Part shown: in pieces, positions 29,182 to 39,297 of the stretch
Layout of the letters: each line of letters opens with the position of its first letter
Numbering within the stretch: position 1 is the first letter of the stretch
Origin: an uncultured delta proteobacterium
Lineage (GTDB): Bacteria; Myxococcota; B64-G9
DNA: 64,000 nucleotides
Reading direction: 5' to 3'
NCBI GenBank assembly: GCA_963754925.1
Contig: CAVWHX010000003.1
Location: 448,001 to 512,000 of the forward strand
Made by a program: the position numbers and the translations under genes
Notes under the pieces: generated by a model
The model's input: the letters and a program-made list of their open reading frames with translations, nothing else
What the model was told of the DNA's origin: nothing
Database searches by the model: none

Positions 29182-29559
29182 CTACTTAATGGTCACTTTC
29201 GCGCCGGCTTCTTCCAGCTTTTTCTTAGCTTCTTCGGCGGCGGCTTTATCAATCGCCTCCTTCACGTTCTTCGGCGCGCCGTCCACCAAATCCTTCGCGT
29301 CCTTCAACCCCAAGCTGGTAAGCTCGCGCACCGCTTTGATGACCTTTATTTTTTCTTCCCCAGCCGATTCGAGAACAACGGTAAACTCGGTCTTTTCCTC
29401 GACCGGAGCAACTGTCGGAGCGGCGGCAGCCGCGACGGCCATGGGCGCAGCTGCGGTGACTCCCCATTTTTCCTCGAGCGCTTTCCGTAGCTCGTTAAGC
29501 TCCAGCACCGTCATTTTACTGAGATGATCCAGCAAAACTTCTCGTGTAATTTCTGGCAT
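29182..29559 (-). CDS. rplL: 50S ribosomal protein L7/L12
   Basis: [33 protein letters not shown]. Confidence 0.99.
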   Translation of the reverse strand: MPEITREVLLDHLSKMTVLELNELRKALEEKWGVTAAAPMAVAAAAAPTVAPVEEKTEFTVVLESAGEEKIKVIKAVRELTSLGLKDAKDLVDGAPKNVKEAIDKAAAEEAKKKLEEAGAKVTIK

Positions 29560-29617
29560 TTCAAACATCTCCTCTCTTATAACAGCAATTGGTTAACAAG
29601 TCCTCATTGAAAAATTG

Positions 29618-30148
29618 TTAAGCGCCCGGCGCCAACTTTTCTTCCTGGGCTTTGAGCACACCAAGAAACTTCTGTGGCACCGCATTAAACACCCCCAATA
29701 ATTGCTGAATCGGCATATTAAACAATGACAGTATCTGCGACTGGAGACCCTGGCGATTCGGCAATTTAGAGACATCTTCAACTTGGTTCTTGGTCAGAAC
29801 CGTTCCTTCTAAAAAACCACCTTTAACCTTAAAAATCTCGTTGTCCTTGGCAAACTCAAACGCCACTCGGGCCGGCGCGATAGGATCCTCATTCCCGATT
29901 GCCACACCGGTTGGCTCGTCCAGAAACTTCGCCAGACCCTCCAACGCCGTTCCTCGAACGGCAAGTTTTGTCAGGGTGTTCTTAATCACCAAGTAACTGA
30001 CACCCTTTTCGCGGAATTTGCGCCGCAGATCGGTTATTTTTGCGACGTTCAAACCACGAAAATTAGTCAGAACGCCGCCTTGGGCGTCCTTAAACAATTT
30101 TTTCAGCTCCTCAATTTTTTCGGATCGTTGCTCTCTACTCGTGCTCAC
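29618..30148 (-). CDS. rplJ: 50S ribosomal protein L10
   Basis: GTG start with AGGAGG RBS; TNFRGLNV; VIKNTL; KLPNR. Confidence 0.97.
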   Translation of the reverse strand: MSTSREQRSEKIEELKKLFKDAQGGVLTNFRGLNVAKITDLRRKFREKGVSYLVIKNTLTKLAVRGTALEGLAKFLDEPTGVAIGNEDPIAPARVAFEFAKDNEIFKVKGGFLEGTVLTKNQVEDVSKLPNRQGLQSQILSLFNMPIQQLLGVFNAVPQKFLGVLKAQEEKLAPGA

Positions 30149-30163
30149 GTTTGACCTTACCTC

Positions 30164-30204
30164 CTTTCCCCGGTACCTGATTACTTTCCCCGGTACCTGA
30201 TTAC
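30164..30204. repeat. Perfect 20-bp tandem duplication in rplJ leader
   Basis: CTTTCCCCGGTACCTGATTA x2 read directly from the sequence. Confidence 0.9.
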
Positions 30205-30223
30205 CGAGTTTGACTTGCTTGTA

Positions 30224-30264
30224 CAAGCATCTGTAAGCTCGCTACGCTCGCTAACAGCTGCTTG
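30224..30264 (-). repeat. Intergenic GNA hairpin element (copy in rplJ leader)
   Basis: CAAGCAGCTGTTAGCGAGC-GTA-GCGAGCTTACAGATGCTTG on the minus strand. Confidence 0.65.
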
Positions 30265-30299
30265 CCCGGTTCGAGCAAGGGGAAAGGCTGTTCATCGCT

Positions 30300-30375
30300 T
30301 TCTTCCCCGTCTCGGCTGGCGGAACCACCATGATTCCATTACCCCGATTCATCGGGACCTGCTGTCTTAGACCGG
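30300..30375 (-). promoter_or_regulatory. L10 leader (autoregulatory RNA upstream of rplJ)
   Basis: TAAGACAGCAGG...CCAGCCGAGACGG motif typical of L10 leaders, in the rplA-rplJ spacer. Confidence 0.75.
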
Positions 30376-30431
30376 AAGCATCAATTTTTCATCGCAACCC
30401 TTCGGTTGCGAACAAACAACTATATAAATCC

Positions 30432-31136
30432 TCACGCCAATAAATCGGTGAGGTTACTAGTATCCAACTTTACCCCTGGCCCCATGGTGCTCGATATCGT
30501 TACGGCTTTAAGGTAGATACCTTTGGCCGAGGATGGCTTGGCTTTCATGATAATTTCCATAAGCGCGGTGAGGTTAGCTTTGAGTTGTTCGACATTGAAC
30601 GACATTCGTCCAAGGGGAACATGCACAATACCTTCTTTCTCGACCTTGAATTCCACCTTGCCGGCTTTGTTTTCTTTGACCGCCTGGGCAATATCGAAGG
30701 TCACCGTCCCAACCTTGGGATTGGGCATCAAACCGCGGGTGCCGAGGATCTTCCCCAGTTTTCCAACTATTTTCATCATATCCGGTGTGGCAATAGCCTT
30801 ATCGAAATCAAGGAAACCACCCTCGATCTTTTCAACGAGGTCCTCTGCGCCAACCACATCGGCGCCTGCATCCTGGGCTTCCTTGGCCTTGTCGCCTTTG
30901 GCGAACACCGCGACCCGCACGCTTTTTCCGATACCATGGGGCAGCACCACCGCCCCACGAACCATCTGATCCGAGTATTTTGGATTCACCCCGAGGTTGA
31001 TGGCGAGATCCACGCTTTCGTCGAATTTAGTGCGCTGTAACGTTTTCATCAACGCTAACCCTTCATCCACCGGGTAGTGTTTGGTCCGATCGATTTTTTC
31101 TTTTGATGAACGATATCTTTTTCCATGCCGCGCCAT
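30432..31136 (-). CDS. rplA: 50S ribosomal protein L1
   Basis: [37 protein letters not shown]. Confidence 0.99.
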   Translation of the reverse strand: MARHGKRYRSSKEKIDRTKHYPVDEGLALMKTLQRTKFDESVDLAINLGVNPKYSDQMVRGAVVLPHGIGKSVRVAVFAKGDKAKEAQDAGADVVGAEDLVEKIEGGFLDFDKAIATPDMMKIVGKLGKILGTRGLMPNPKVGTVTFDIAQAVKENKAGKVEFKVEKEGIVHVPLGRMSFNVEQLKANLTALMEIIMKAKPSSAKGIYLKAVTISSTMGPGVKLDTSNLTDLLA

Positions 31137-31151
31137 CGGTATAATCCTCCT

Positions 31152-31204
31152 GGCAGTCATAACGTCCCTCTCCACACAGCATCTTTTGAGAAAGGACTCC
31201 TGCC
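31152..31204 (-). promoter_or_regulatory. Putative L1-binding leader between rplK and rplA
   Basis: GGCAG-GAG-[TCCTTTCTC..GAGAGGGA]-CGTTATGA-CTGCC two-stem internal-loop structure directly before the AGGAGG RBS, resembling L1 operator sites. Confidence 0.5.
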
Positions 31205-31212
31205 TAACGGGT

Positions 31213-31638
31213 TTAGTCGACTATTTCTACCCCCATGCTGCGGGCGGTACCCGCAACGGTTTTCATAGCAGCTTCAACATCGTTAGCGTTGAGATCGGGC
31301 AATTTAAGCTGGGCTATTTCCCGTAATTGCTTTTTGGTTACCTTGCCAACCTTCTCCTTGCCAGCGGTATGCGCAGCGGTCTCGATGCCCGCCGCCTTTT
31401 TCAATAATATCGAGGCCGGAGGCGTTTTGGTGATAAACGTAAACGATCGGTCTTGATAGACCGTGATCACAACCGGAATGATCAGGCCTTGCTGATGTTG
31501 TGTACGCGCATTGAACGACTTACAAAACTCCATGATGTTAACGCCGTGCTGCCCCAAGGCAGGCCCCACGGGGGGCGACGGGTTCGCTGCTCCGGCCGGG
31601 CACTGTAATTTTATGTAACTAATGACTTTCTTTGCCAT
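31213..31638 (-). CDS. rplK: 50S ribosomal protein L11
   Basis: [30 protein letters not shown]. Confidence 0.99.
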   Translation of the reverse strand: MAKKVISYIKLQCPAGAANPSPPVGPALGQHGVNIMEFCKSFNARTQHQQGLIIPVVITVYQDRSFTFITKTPPASILLKKAAGIETAAHTAGKEKVGKVTKKQLREIAQLKLPDLNANDVEAAMKTVAGTARSMGVEIVD

Positions 31639-31765
31639 GACTTAAACTCCATTCTATCTATAACATCTTAAGGACGAGCTTTATGCCCGTTCGCAAAACA
31701 CCTTGTTAACTTTTGAGTTTTAGCAACAAAAAATCATGCCCTTTGTTTAACGTTTTAAATCGTTA

Positions 31766-32464
31766 TTAGGTTTTTTCAACCTGAACGAAGTCCATTTCGA
31801 CCGGCGTCGCGCGACCAAAGATGCTCACCAGTACGCGTAGTTTGCCTTTCTCCGGATCGACTTCGTCGATGACACCGTTAAAGTTGGTAAATGGCCCGTC
31901 CACTACCCGCACGGAGTCGCCTTTGTCGTAGGTAACTTTCGGTTTGATGCGCTCGGCGCCTTCGGCAATCTGGCTGGTGATCTTTCTAAGTTCATTTTCA
32001 GGAATGGCCGGAGGTCTGGTCGAACCACCGACAAACCCGGTGATTTTAGGGGTGGATTTAACTAAATACCAGGTAGCCTCGTTCATTGCCATTTCAACTA
32101 ACATGTAGCCGGGGAAGAACTTGCGTTTGGAGGTTCGGCGTTTGCCCTGCTTCATTTCCACGACTTCCTCAGTTGGTATAAGGATCTGGCCGAACTGAGC
32201 ATCCATGCCCTCGCGTTTAATACGCTCCGATAGGGCCTGGCGTGCTTTGTTCTCGTAACCGGAGTAGGTGTGCACCACATACCATTTCTTTTCAACACTT
32301 GCCGGCGCATTGAGGTCAGCAATCGTCGATTGCTGAGCAGACGTTTCACCTGCCGCCGGGGCCGGCGCCGTCTCGGGTGGTACAACCGGTGTTGGCTGCT
32401 CGGTTGGGCTTACCTCACCAGCGCCCAGGGTATTATCCACGTTACTTTGTTCCGGTTCGCTCAT
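31766..32464 (-). CDS. nusG: Transcription termination/antitermination factor NusG with low-complexity N-terminal extension
   Basis: [30 protein letters not shown]. Confidence 0.98.
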   Translation of the reverse strand: MSEPEQSNVDNTLGAGEVSPTEQPTPVVPPETAPAPAAGETSAQQSTIADLNAPASVEKKWYVVHTYSGYENKARQALSERIKREGMDAQFGQILIPTEEVVEMKQGKRRTSKRKFFPGYMLVEMAMNEATWYLVKSTPKITGFVGGSTRPPAIPENELRKITSQIAEGAERIKPKVTYDKGDSVRVVDGPFTNFNGVIDEVDPEKGKLRVLVSIFGRATPVEMDFVQVEKT

Positions 32465-32535
32465 GCCACCATCCTTTAGCAGACCCAATCACCCTCAACC
32501 TCTCAATAACCTACCGTCTGTACCCAACCGGCCTT

Positions 32536-32937
32536 CTATCCCGATTGAATGGTCGGATAGATGAAACTCAGTATCTTCGACCACGCCAGATCAAACATTC
32601 CGAGAAAGAAAGACAGGATGAAAACCGTGATGATAACAACTATGGTGGCGGCGCGGGTTTCAGCTCTGGTTGGCCAGGTAACTTTTTTGAGTTCCACCAC
32701 CACCTCTTCCGAAAGCGTTGACAGCATAGGGTGTCGATACGCCCAAACGCCAAGGCTTAACGCTGTAGCAAATCCAATAAGAGTAGTTAATTTAAACTGA
32801 TCACCTAACAACTGAAAATCGTACTCCTCCATCCCGGTCCACAGCATCACGGTACCGAGAAATTTCGCAACAACTACCCAGAGGACAACCCCAAAAACCA
32901 AAAAGGCCATTCCAATCCATCGACGATTTGAATTCAT
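32536..32937 (-). CDS. secE: Preprotein translocase subunit SecE (long, multi-TM form)
   Basis: ELKKVTWPTRAET motif; between tRNA-Trp and nusG. Confidence 0.93.
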   Translation of the reverse strand: MNSNRRWIGMAFLVFGVVLWVVVAKFLGTVMLWTGMEEYDFQLLGDQFKLTTLIGFATALSLGVWAYRHPMLSTLSEEVVVELKKVTWPTRAETRAATIVVIITVFILSFFLGMFDLAWSKILSFIYPTIQSG

Positions 32938-33028
32938 CAAAACCTCTATCCTGCGTTTACAATTCCTACGGTCAGTGCCTCAAATAAAAAAATGGCAATG
33001 GTGCGTAGACCTCCTCACTATTTCACAA

Positions 33029-33101
33029 CGGGCCAGGAAGGACTCGAACCCTCAGCCCACGGTTTTGGAGACCGTTGCTCTACCACTTGAGCTACTGACC
33101 C
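33029..33101 (-). tRNA. tRNA-Trp (CCA)
   Basis: Cloverleaf GGGTCAG/CTGGCCC, anticodon loop CTCCAAA, T-loop TTCGAGT; CCA end not encoded. Confidence 0.95.
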
Positions 33102-33207
33102 GCATCATCTGACCCATCCTCATTTTCTCCTAACCAAACCAACCAGATCGTTCGGTGCTGCTTTGACATACATCATTGCTTTATCCTTGAGCAGTCACTT
33201 CATGCGG

Positions 33208-33360
33208 CTACTTCGATTCCTTGTGCTCGGTATGTCTCCGGCAGAAACGACAGTATTTTTTGGCCGAATATTTTTTGGTATGTGTCCGCTTGTTGCGGGT
33301 GGTGCTATAGTTGCGGCTTTTGCACTCGCCACATTCCAACGTTACGATCACTCGGTTCAT
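33208..33360 (-). CDS. rpmG: 50S ribosomal protein L33 (absent from ORF track)
   Basis: Manual translation MNRVIVTLECGECKSRNYSTTRNKRTHTKKYSAKKYCRFCRRHTEHKESK*. Confidence 0.96.
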   Translation of the reverse strand: MNRVIVTLECGECKSRNYSTTRNKRTHTKKYSAKKYCRFCRRHTEHKESK

Positions 33361-33384
33361 GAGATGCTTCTCCCGTCATCCACC

Positions 33385-34593
33385 TTATTCAATGATCTCG
33401 GTGATTACCCCGGCGCCCACCGTCTTGCCGCCTTCCCGTATCGCAAACCGTAGCTCCTTCTCCATCGCGATTGGCGTGATCAACGTTACCTCCATCTGCG
33501 TGTTGTCTCCCGGCATGATCATCTCCGTCCCCTCCGCCAACTTCACCGTCCCCGTCACGTCCGTCGTCCGAAAATAAAACTGCGGCCGATAATTATTGAA
33601 AAACGGTGTGTGCCGCCCGCCCTCTTCCTTCGACAGTACGTACACCTCCGCCTTGAACTTCGTGTGCGGCGTGATGCTCCCCGGCTTCGCCAATACCTGC
33701 CCCCGCTCGATCTCTTCCTTCTTGATCGACCGCAGCAAACACCCGATGTTGTCTCCCGCTCGCCCCTCATCCAATAACTTCCGAAACATCTCCACTCCCG
33801 TCACCACCGTCTTCTGCGTCTCCCGAAATCCCACAACCTCTATCGTATCCTGTACCCTCACTATCCCGCGCTCCACTCTCCCCGTCGCCACCGTCCCGCG
33901 CCCCGATATCGAAAATACATCCTCCACCGGCATCAAAAACGGCTTGTCCACGTCCCGCACCGGCTCAGGTATCGATTCGTCCAACGCCTTCAGTAAATCC
34001 AATATCGGCTTGCACTCCGGCGCGTTCGCATCTTCCGACTGCATCGCCTTCAACGCGCTCCCCGTTATCACCGGTATCTTGTCCCCCGGAAACTTGTACG
34101 ACGTCAGCAGATCCCGTACCTCCAGCTCCACCAACTGCAACAAGTCCTTGTCGTCCACCAAATCCGCCTTGTTCAAAAACACCACCATGGCCGGCACGTT
34201 CACCTGCCGCGCCAACAATATATGCTCCCGCGTCTGCGGCATCGGCCCGTCTTCCGCGCTCACCACCAATATCGCCCCGTCCATCTGCGCCGCACCCGTG
34301 ATCATGTTCTTGATGTAGTCCGCGTGGCCCGGACAGTCCACGTGCGCGTAGTGCCGCTTCTCGCTCTCGTATTCCACGTGGCTCGTCGCTATGGTCAATA
34401 TCTTCATTTCATTCCGCCGCCCCTGCGATATCGACGCCTTCGCCACTTCATCGTACGATTGGAACTTGGCCATCCCCCGCCTCGCCTGCACCTTCGTTAT
34501 CGCGGATGTCAGCGTGGTCTTTCCATGATCCACATGGCCGATTGTCCCCACGTTCACATGCGGCTTCGTCCTCTGGAATTTCTCCTTGGCCAT
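33385..34593 (-). CDS. tuf: Elongation factor Tu (tRNA-linked copy)
   Basis: Protein identical to the 18070-19278 copy; preceded by tRNA-Thr/Tyr/Gly/Thr. Confidence 0.99.
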   Translation of the reverse strand: MAKEKFQRTKPHVNVGTIGHVDHGKTTLTSAITKVQARRGMAKFQSYDEVAKASISQGRRNEMKILTIATSHVEYESEKRHYAHVDCPGHADYIKNMITGAAQMDGAILVVSAEDGPMPQTREHILLARQVNVPAMVVFLNKADLVDDKDLLQLVELEVRDLLTSYKFPGDKIPVITGSALKAMQSEDANAPECKPILDLLKALDESIPEPVRDVDKPFLMPVEDVFSISGRGTVATGRVERGIVRVQDTIEVVGFRETQKTVVTGVEMFRKLLDEGRAGDNIGCLLRSIKKEEIERGQVLAKPGSITPHTKFKAEVYVLSKEEGGRHTPFFNNYRPQFYFRTTDVTGTVKLAEGTEMIMPGDNTQMEVTLITPIAMEKELRFAIREGGKTVGAGVITEIIE

Positions 34594-34637
34594 GACACGC
34601 TCCTTTTGTTCAATAGCGACCTCAGTTGTTAATCAAA

Positions 34638-34710
<73 letters not shown>

Positions 34711-34723
34711 AACTAGCCCCATG

Positions 34724-34797
<74 letters not shown>

Positions 34798-34865
34798 GCA
34801 AACGCTCTCCTTCATGAACGCATCCAATTCCTTTACCAAACCCACCAGGAGAATTTCTCTACAAA

Positions 34866-34947
34866 TGGAGAGGGGAGGATTCGAACCTCCGAAGGCGGAG
34901 CCGGCAGTTTTACAGACTGCTCCCTTTGGCCACTCGGGAACCTCTCC
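34866..34947 (-). tRNA. tRNA-Tyr (GTA)
   Basis: GGAGAGGTTCCCGAGTGGCCAAAGGG...CTGTAAA...long variable arm...GGTTCGAATCC. Confidence 0.96.
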
Positions 34948-35054
34948 TCGGTCTGCAAACGGAACTTGAGAAAACAACCCGCACCTCACGCTATCTATAC
35001 CTAAAGATATAAAAAACTCTTCTTTGCGGCACCTCAAGTCCCGATTCGTTCATC

Positions 35055-35127
35055 AGCTGGCGAGGGGACTCGAACCCTTGACCTGCTGATTACAAGTCAG
35101 CTGCTCTACCAACTGAGCTACGCCAGC
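35055..35127 (-). tRNA. tRNA-Thr (TGT)
   Basis: GCTGGCGTAGCTCAGTTGGTAGAGC...CTTGTAA...GGTTCGAGTCC. Confidence 0.96.
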
Positions 35128-35194
35128 AAAAACAATAATCAAAGAGCAGAGCGGCACAACTAAACACACCACTCCTCCAATTCTGGAGCGCCAT

Positions 35195-35223
35195 CATTTA
35201 AGTGGTTCTAAATCCGATGTCAA
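35195..35223 (-). promoter_or_regulatory. Putative promoter of the tRNA-tuf operon
   Basis: TTGACA followed 16-17 nt later by TTAAAT/TAAATG and a GC-rich discriminator-like GGCGC. Confidence 0.55.
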
Positions 35224-35376
35224 GAAAATTCTCTTGGTCTCTGGCCCCTTTTTTGCAATATACCGGTTTTTTGAATTACGCAAGCTTAACTTAATAATAG
35301 TTGCGGCTTACTTTGCTTACTTTTAACGAGCTGACAATAAGGAGTTAGCTCGACGCTGGCCATCATCAGGTCGGTA

Positions 35377-36108
35377 TTACCGGTTTTCTCGACCCAGCCA
35401 CTCGTATAATAGTAATGCACCTGCAACGGAGACGTTTAACGATTCCGCGGACTTATTTAATGGTATTTGAACACGAAAGTCAAGCAATGATTGAATCCCT
35501 TTACGGAGTCCAAAACCCTCGGAACCAAGCACCAATACGATCTTTTCACCGGGATCAATATCCCAGGGCGCCTGACCCTCGTGCGCTACCGCACCTACGA
35601 TCCAATACCCTGCGGTCTTCAGCTCTTCCAGGGCGCGAGACAGGTTTGTCACCCGGGCAACCGGCAGACGCGAAAGCGCACCGGCCGAAGCCTTGATAGC
35701 GCCGGGGGAAATCCCGGCCGAGCGACGAGCTTGAATGACGATGCCTTGGGCACCGAAAGCGAGTGCGCTGCGCGCCAACGCCCCAAGATTGTGCGGATCC
35801 TGGACTTCGTCAAGCGCCAGTATCAAGGTACGACCAGGTCGTTCGATCGCTTGGAGTCGGGCTAACGACAGTACATTCGGGCGTCCGCAAACCGCCACCA
35901 CCCCCTGGTGTACCCCTCCTCCTGACATACGATCCAACTCGCGCCGGCTGGTATTGAATACCCGCACTCCCCGCTCCCTGGCCGCTAGCTGAATTTTACC
36001 GCGCGTAGACTCAGTGATTCCGACCGCTAAATAAATTTCCTCGATTGAAATGTTGGCCGCCAACGCCTCGATAACCGGGTTGGTTCCGTAGACTACCGCT
36101 CGTTCCAT
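35377..36108 (-). CDS. rlmB: 23S rRNA 2'-O-methyltransferase RlmB (SpoU/TrmH family)
   Basis: HQGVVA; LDEVQDPHNLGALARSA; LGSEGFG; ESLNVSVA. Confidence 0.9.
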   Translation of the reverse strand: MERAVVYGTNPVIEALAANISIEEIYLAVGITESTRGKIQLAARERGVRVFNTSRRELDRMSGGGVHQGVVAVCGRPNVLSLARLQAIERPGRTLILALDEVQDPHNLGALARSALAFGAQGIVIQARRSAGISPGAIKASAGALSRLPVARVTNLSRALEELKTAGYWIVGAVAHEGQAPWDIDPGEKIVLVLGSEGFGLRKGIQSLLDFRVQIPLNKSAESLNVSVAGALLLYEWLGRENR

Positions 36109-36133
36109 TCGAATACCTCAGGCGTCAACATGG

Positions 36134-36865
36134 TTACGCGGGAAGCGCCGACGCAATCTCCTGCGCAATGGCCGCGGCGGCCGCGGCCGGATCCTGAGCT
36201 TGCGTGATCGGCCGGCCCACCACCAGCAAATCAGCGCCGGATGCAATGGCCGCTGCCGGCGTTGCGATCCGTTGTTGATCATTGAGAGCGGCGCCGGCTG
36301 GGCGGACACCGGGGGTGATGAGCCACGGCGTTTTCCCCAATCGGCCGCGCAATTCAGAAACCTCGCGGGGCGAACACACCAGGCCGGCGAGGCCGGCGGA
36401 AAGCGCAAGCTCGGCGAAGCGCCAAACGACGTTTGCGGTCGGCCCCTGCAGGCCGATCGTCGCAAGATCGGCGTCGGCAAGGCTGGTAAGGACCGTCACT
36501 CCGATCACCGCCGGGGACGGCGTCATTGACTTGGCCGCAGCGGCGGCTGCTCGAAGCATTTCGCCTCCGCCGGCCGCGTGCACCGTCAAAAATTCAACCC
36601 CGAGTCGAGCCGCCGCCCGCACCGCCGAGGCCACCGTGTTGGGAATGTCATGGAACTTCAAATCTAAAAATACCCGTTCATCGTGCTTATGAACCAGCTC
36701 AATAGCTTTTGGCCCCAGCGCGGTGAAAAGTTCCATGCCGATCTTAAACATTCCCACCTGGCCCCGAAGCGCCCTCAGCAGGTTCTGCAATTCAGCGGCG
36801 TCGGCGACGTCCAGCGCCACCACAATCCGACGGGCGGGAGATTGCAAATCACGACGTTCGATCAC
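36134..36865 (-). CDS. pyrF: Orotidine-5'-phosphate decarboxylase
   Basis: IVVALD; FLDLKFHDIPNTV; TPGVRP; VVGRPI. Confidence 0.97.
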   Translation of the reverse strand: MIERRDLQSPARRIVVALDVADAAELQNLLRALRGQVGMFKIGMELFTALGPKAIELVHKHDERVFLDLKFHDIPNTVASAVRAAARLGVEFLTVHAAGGGEMLRAAAAAAKSMTPSPAVIGVTVLTSLADADLATIGLQGPTANVVWRFAELALSAGLAGLVCSPREVSELRGRLGKTPWLITPGVRPAGAALNDQQRIATPAAAIASGADLLVVGRPITQAQDPAAAAAAIAQEIASALPA

Positions 36866-38109
36866 GGCTTGGTCTCCTTGCCGGGCAAGTTTTGGCTCAA
36901 TGCTTCTATTTTTTCCAGGAGGAGGTCGGAGGCGGCCTCATCCAAGACATCCATAGCTTGAAACCTCGCGTAGTCATAGAGCCCGCGCACAGCAGCCAGG
37001 GCAAGTTCCCGGGCATCCTTCGGGTGCAGCTTTTCGGCGTTACGCAAGAGCGTTTCGATATCCAGCTGGCCACTCGTGTCAAAAGCAACTCCCTGGAAGA
37101 CCTCACTGTGCTGGGGGAGAGGACTGCCCAGGTAACCATCAAGCCGATTCTCGACCTCTGGTTCCTCGACCAAAAAAGTTTGATGGATGTAGCGAATCAT
37201 ACGCGCATAGATTTCGAGTGCGGCGCGGAGCGGAACTTCATCGCCGGGCTTGCCGGTCTCCGGCGCATGGGTATCCAAGAGACCCCGCTGATTAAGTCGC
37301 GCTAGTATTGTAAGGGCCTCATACTCAGGCATACGGCTTTCGGACAGAATCGCCGCTACCGACTTCTTGCCGTCAACCAATTCCTTCAAGCGCTGCTCAT
37401 CCGGACTAAGTTTTACTTCGATCGACAGCGGACGAAGCACCGCTATCGCCTGACGATCAGGAAACAACTCCTCCAACCGGGACATTTCCTCGGCACGCCG
37501 CGCACCCTCTCGAATTATTTCACGGGTAGGCTGATCGAGGCGCACGGCGTTGTGCAGGGGCACCTTGCCTTCGGTAAAGATAAATTCGCCTGTGGTTATG
37601 TGAAAGGTGCTGTACAGAATCTCCAACACCTGTTCTTTGATGCCCTCGTAGAGTTGCCGGGGGGTGATCAACTGGCGTTGCAACAGGATCGCTCCAAGCT
37701 TCTGGGGACCAACCAGATCATAGACCGACGAAAGCTGCGCAAGTGAGATGAAACCACGGCGCCAGAGTACCTCGCCGAGGCGGTAGTCCTCCACGGTTGA
37801 GGTCGCGTACGCCACCTCGCCGCCCAAAAAGAAAATCGTTTTTTCCGCCAGAGGGACGACGATAGTCAGCGATCCGTCTTTTTGCATCGAGTTAATGAGC
37901 GCGAGCACCTCGGCGATATGCAGAAGCCGCAAATCACCGTACAAGAAGGGATGCAGGCGTTGTCCGGGTTGCTGGTGGATTGAAACGACGAGGTCATCCA
38001 GCAGCGAGGTTAGACGCAATTTCTCGAAGGAAAGCCCCTTGAGCTTACCCAACTTGTCGGCCGCGATCACCAGATCGCCCTCTGGCGTCTTCGAAAGCTC
38101 ATGACCCAT
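36862..38109 (-). CDS. DUF4388/PATAN-like domain protein
   Basis: LYGDLRLLHIAEVLALINSMQKDGSLTI...IFFLGGEVAYATS...RLGEVL...GEFIFTEG pattern typical of DUF4388 proteins. Confidence 0.7.
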   Translation of the reverse strand: MGHELSKTPEGDLVIAADKLGKLKGLSFEKLRLTSLLDDLVVSIHQQPGQRLHPFLYGDLRLLHIAEVLALINSMQKDGSLTIVVPLAEKTIFFLGGEVAYATSTVEDYRLGEVLWRRGFISLAQLSSVYDLVGPQKLGAILLQRQLITPRQLYEGIKEQVLEILYSTFHITTGEFIFTEGKVPLHNAVRLDQPTREIIREGARRAEEMSRLEELFPDRQAIAVLRPLSIEVKLSPDEQRLKELVDGKKSVAAILSESRMPEYEALTILARLNQRGLLDTHAPETGKPGDEVPLRAALEIYARMIRYIHQTFLVEEPEVENRLDGYLGSPLPQHSEVFQGVAFDTSGQLDIETLLRNAEKLHPKDARELALAAVRGLYDYARFQAMDVLDEAASDLLLEKIEALSQNLPGKETKP

Positions 38110-39160
38110 CGCGGATCTCCTTCTTTTGTAATCGGCGTATCAACTCCCCCTCAAGCTCGCTGTTCGTATAGCGCCCGACGATCCGCCCAGCCTCAAACAG
38201 CACGCCTACCCCTTTTGAACCATACGCTATTCCCAGGTCGGCTGCGCGCGCCTCGCCCGGGCCGTTCACCTCGCAGCCCATCACCGCCACCACGCGATCG
38301 AGGTTTAGCGCAAGCAGCATAGCTTCGATCCGCTCGGCAATCGGGAGAAGGTCCACGCTCGTTCGACCACAGGTTGGACAGGATACCACCACGCCGCCCG
38401 GGCGCAAGGTTAGCGCCGTCAGCAGAAAGCGCGCCGCGCGCACCTCCTCAACGGGATCGGCGGTAAGCGAAATGCGTATGGTGTCGCCGATGCCCTCCTG
38501 CAACAGGAGCGCAAGCGTGGCCGCCGAACGAACCGCACCCGCGAGCAGCGGCCCGGCTTCGGTCACCCCCAAATGCAGCGGCACATTCGAACAGGCCGCA
38601 AACATCCGGTTAGCTTCGACGGTCGTCGTCAGATCAAAAGCCTTCAACGAAACTTTGATCTCATGAAAACCAAGCGCCTCGACCTCGGCAATCATGAAGA
38701 GCGCCGTATCGGTCATCGCCTGGGCGGTGGCACACACCGGTTGTCCGCCGCGTTTTGGCAGCGAGCCAGCATTGACTCCCACCCGGATCGCCGTGCCAGC
38801 CTCGGCGGCAGCCGCCACGACGGCTCGTAAAGCATCAGTCCCACCCAAGGTGCCTGGATTTATTCTAATTGCCGCTGCGCCTGCTTTGATGGCGGCCACA
38901 GCGCAACGGTAGTCGAAATGAATATCCGCCACTACCGGCATGCCGCAGCGCTCCTGGATCTCGCGGATAGTTCGGGCGGCCGCCTCGTCCGGCACGGCGA
39001 TCCGACCGATGTCGCAGCCCGCGGCATGCGCCGCGGCAAGCTGCGCTACGATGCGATCGACATCGGTAGGCTGCGCCTTGGCCATGGTCTGGATCGACAC
39101 CGGCGCGTTGCCCCCCACCAGCACGTTCCCGATCTTAATTTGTCTCGTAAGTCGTCGCAC
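38099..39160 (-). CDS. ispG: (E)-4-hydroxy-3-methylbut-2-enyl-diphosphate synthase
   Basis: ADIHFD; RINPG; IRVGVNAGS; HLGVTEAG; SCPTCGR; AVMGCEVNGPGEA. Confidence 0.98.
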   Translation of the reverse strand: MRRLTRQIKIGNVLVGGNAPVSIQTMAKAQPTDVDRIVAQLAAAHAAGCDIGRIAVPDEAAARTIREIQERCGMPVVADIHFDYRCAVAAIKAGAAAIRINPGTLGGTDALRAVVAAAAEAGTAIRVGVNAGSLPKRGGQPVCATAQAMTDTALFMIAEVEALGFHEIKVSLKAFDLTTTVEANRMFAACSNVPLHLGVTEAGPLLAGAVRSAATLALLLQEGIGDTIRISLTADPVEEVRAARFLLTALTLRPGGVVVSCPTCGRTSVDLLPIAERIEAMLLALNLDRVVAVMGCEVNGPGEARAADLGIAYGSKGVGVLFEAGRIVGRYTNSELEGELIRRLQKKEIRDGS

Positions 39161-39297
39161 GCAGGCATAATACGGGCGCTCGGCAACCGGGTCAAGCTAC
39201 TATTGACTAATACGCCATTGCCTTGTGAATTAAGCTGTGGTTCAATAGTATTTGTTCGCCGGGTGTTTCAGTGCCCATCGGGAAAAGGGGTGTGTCG

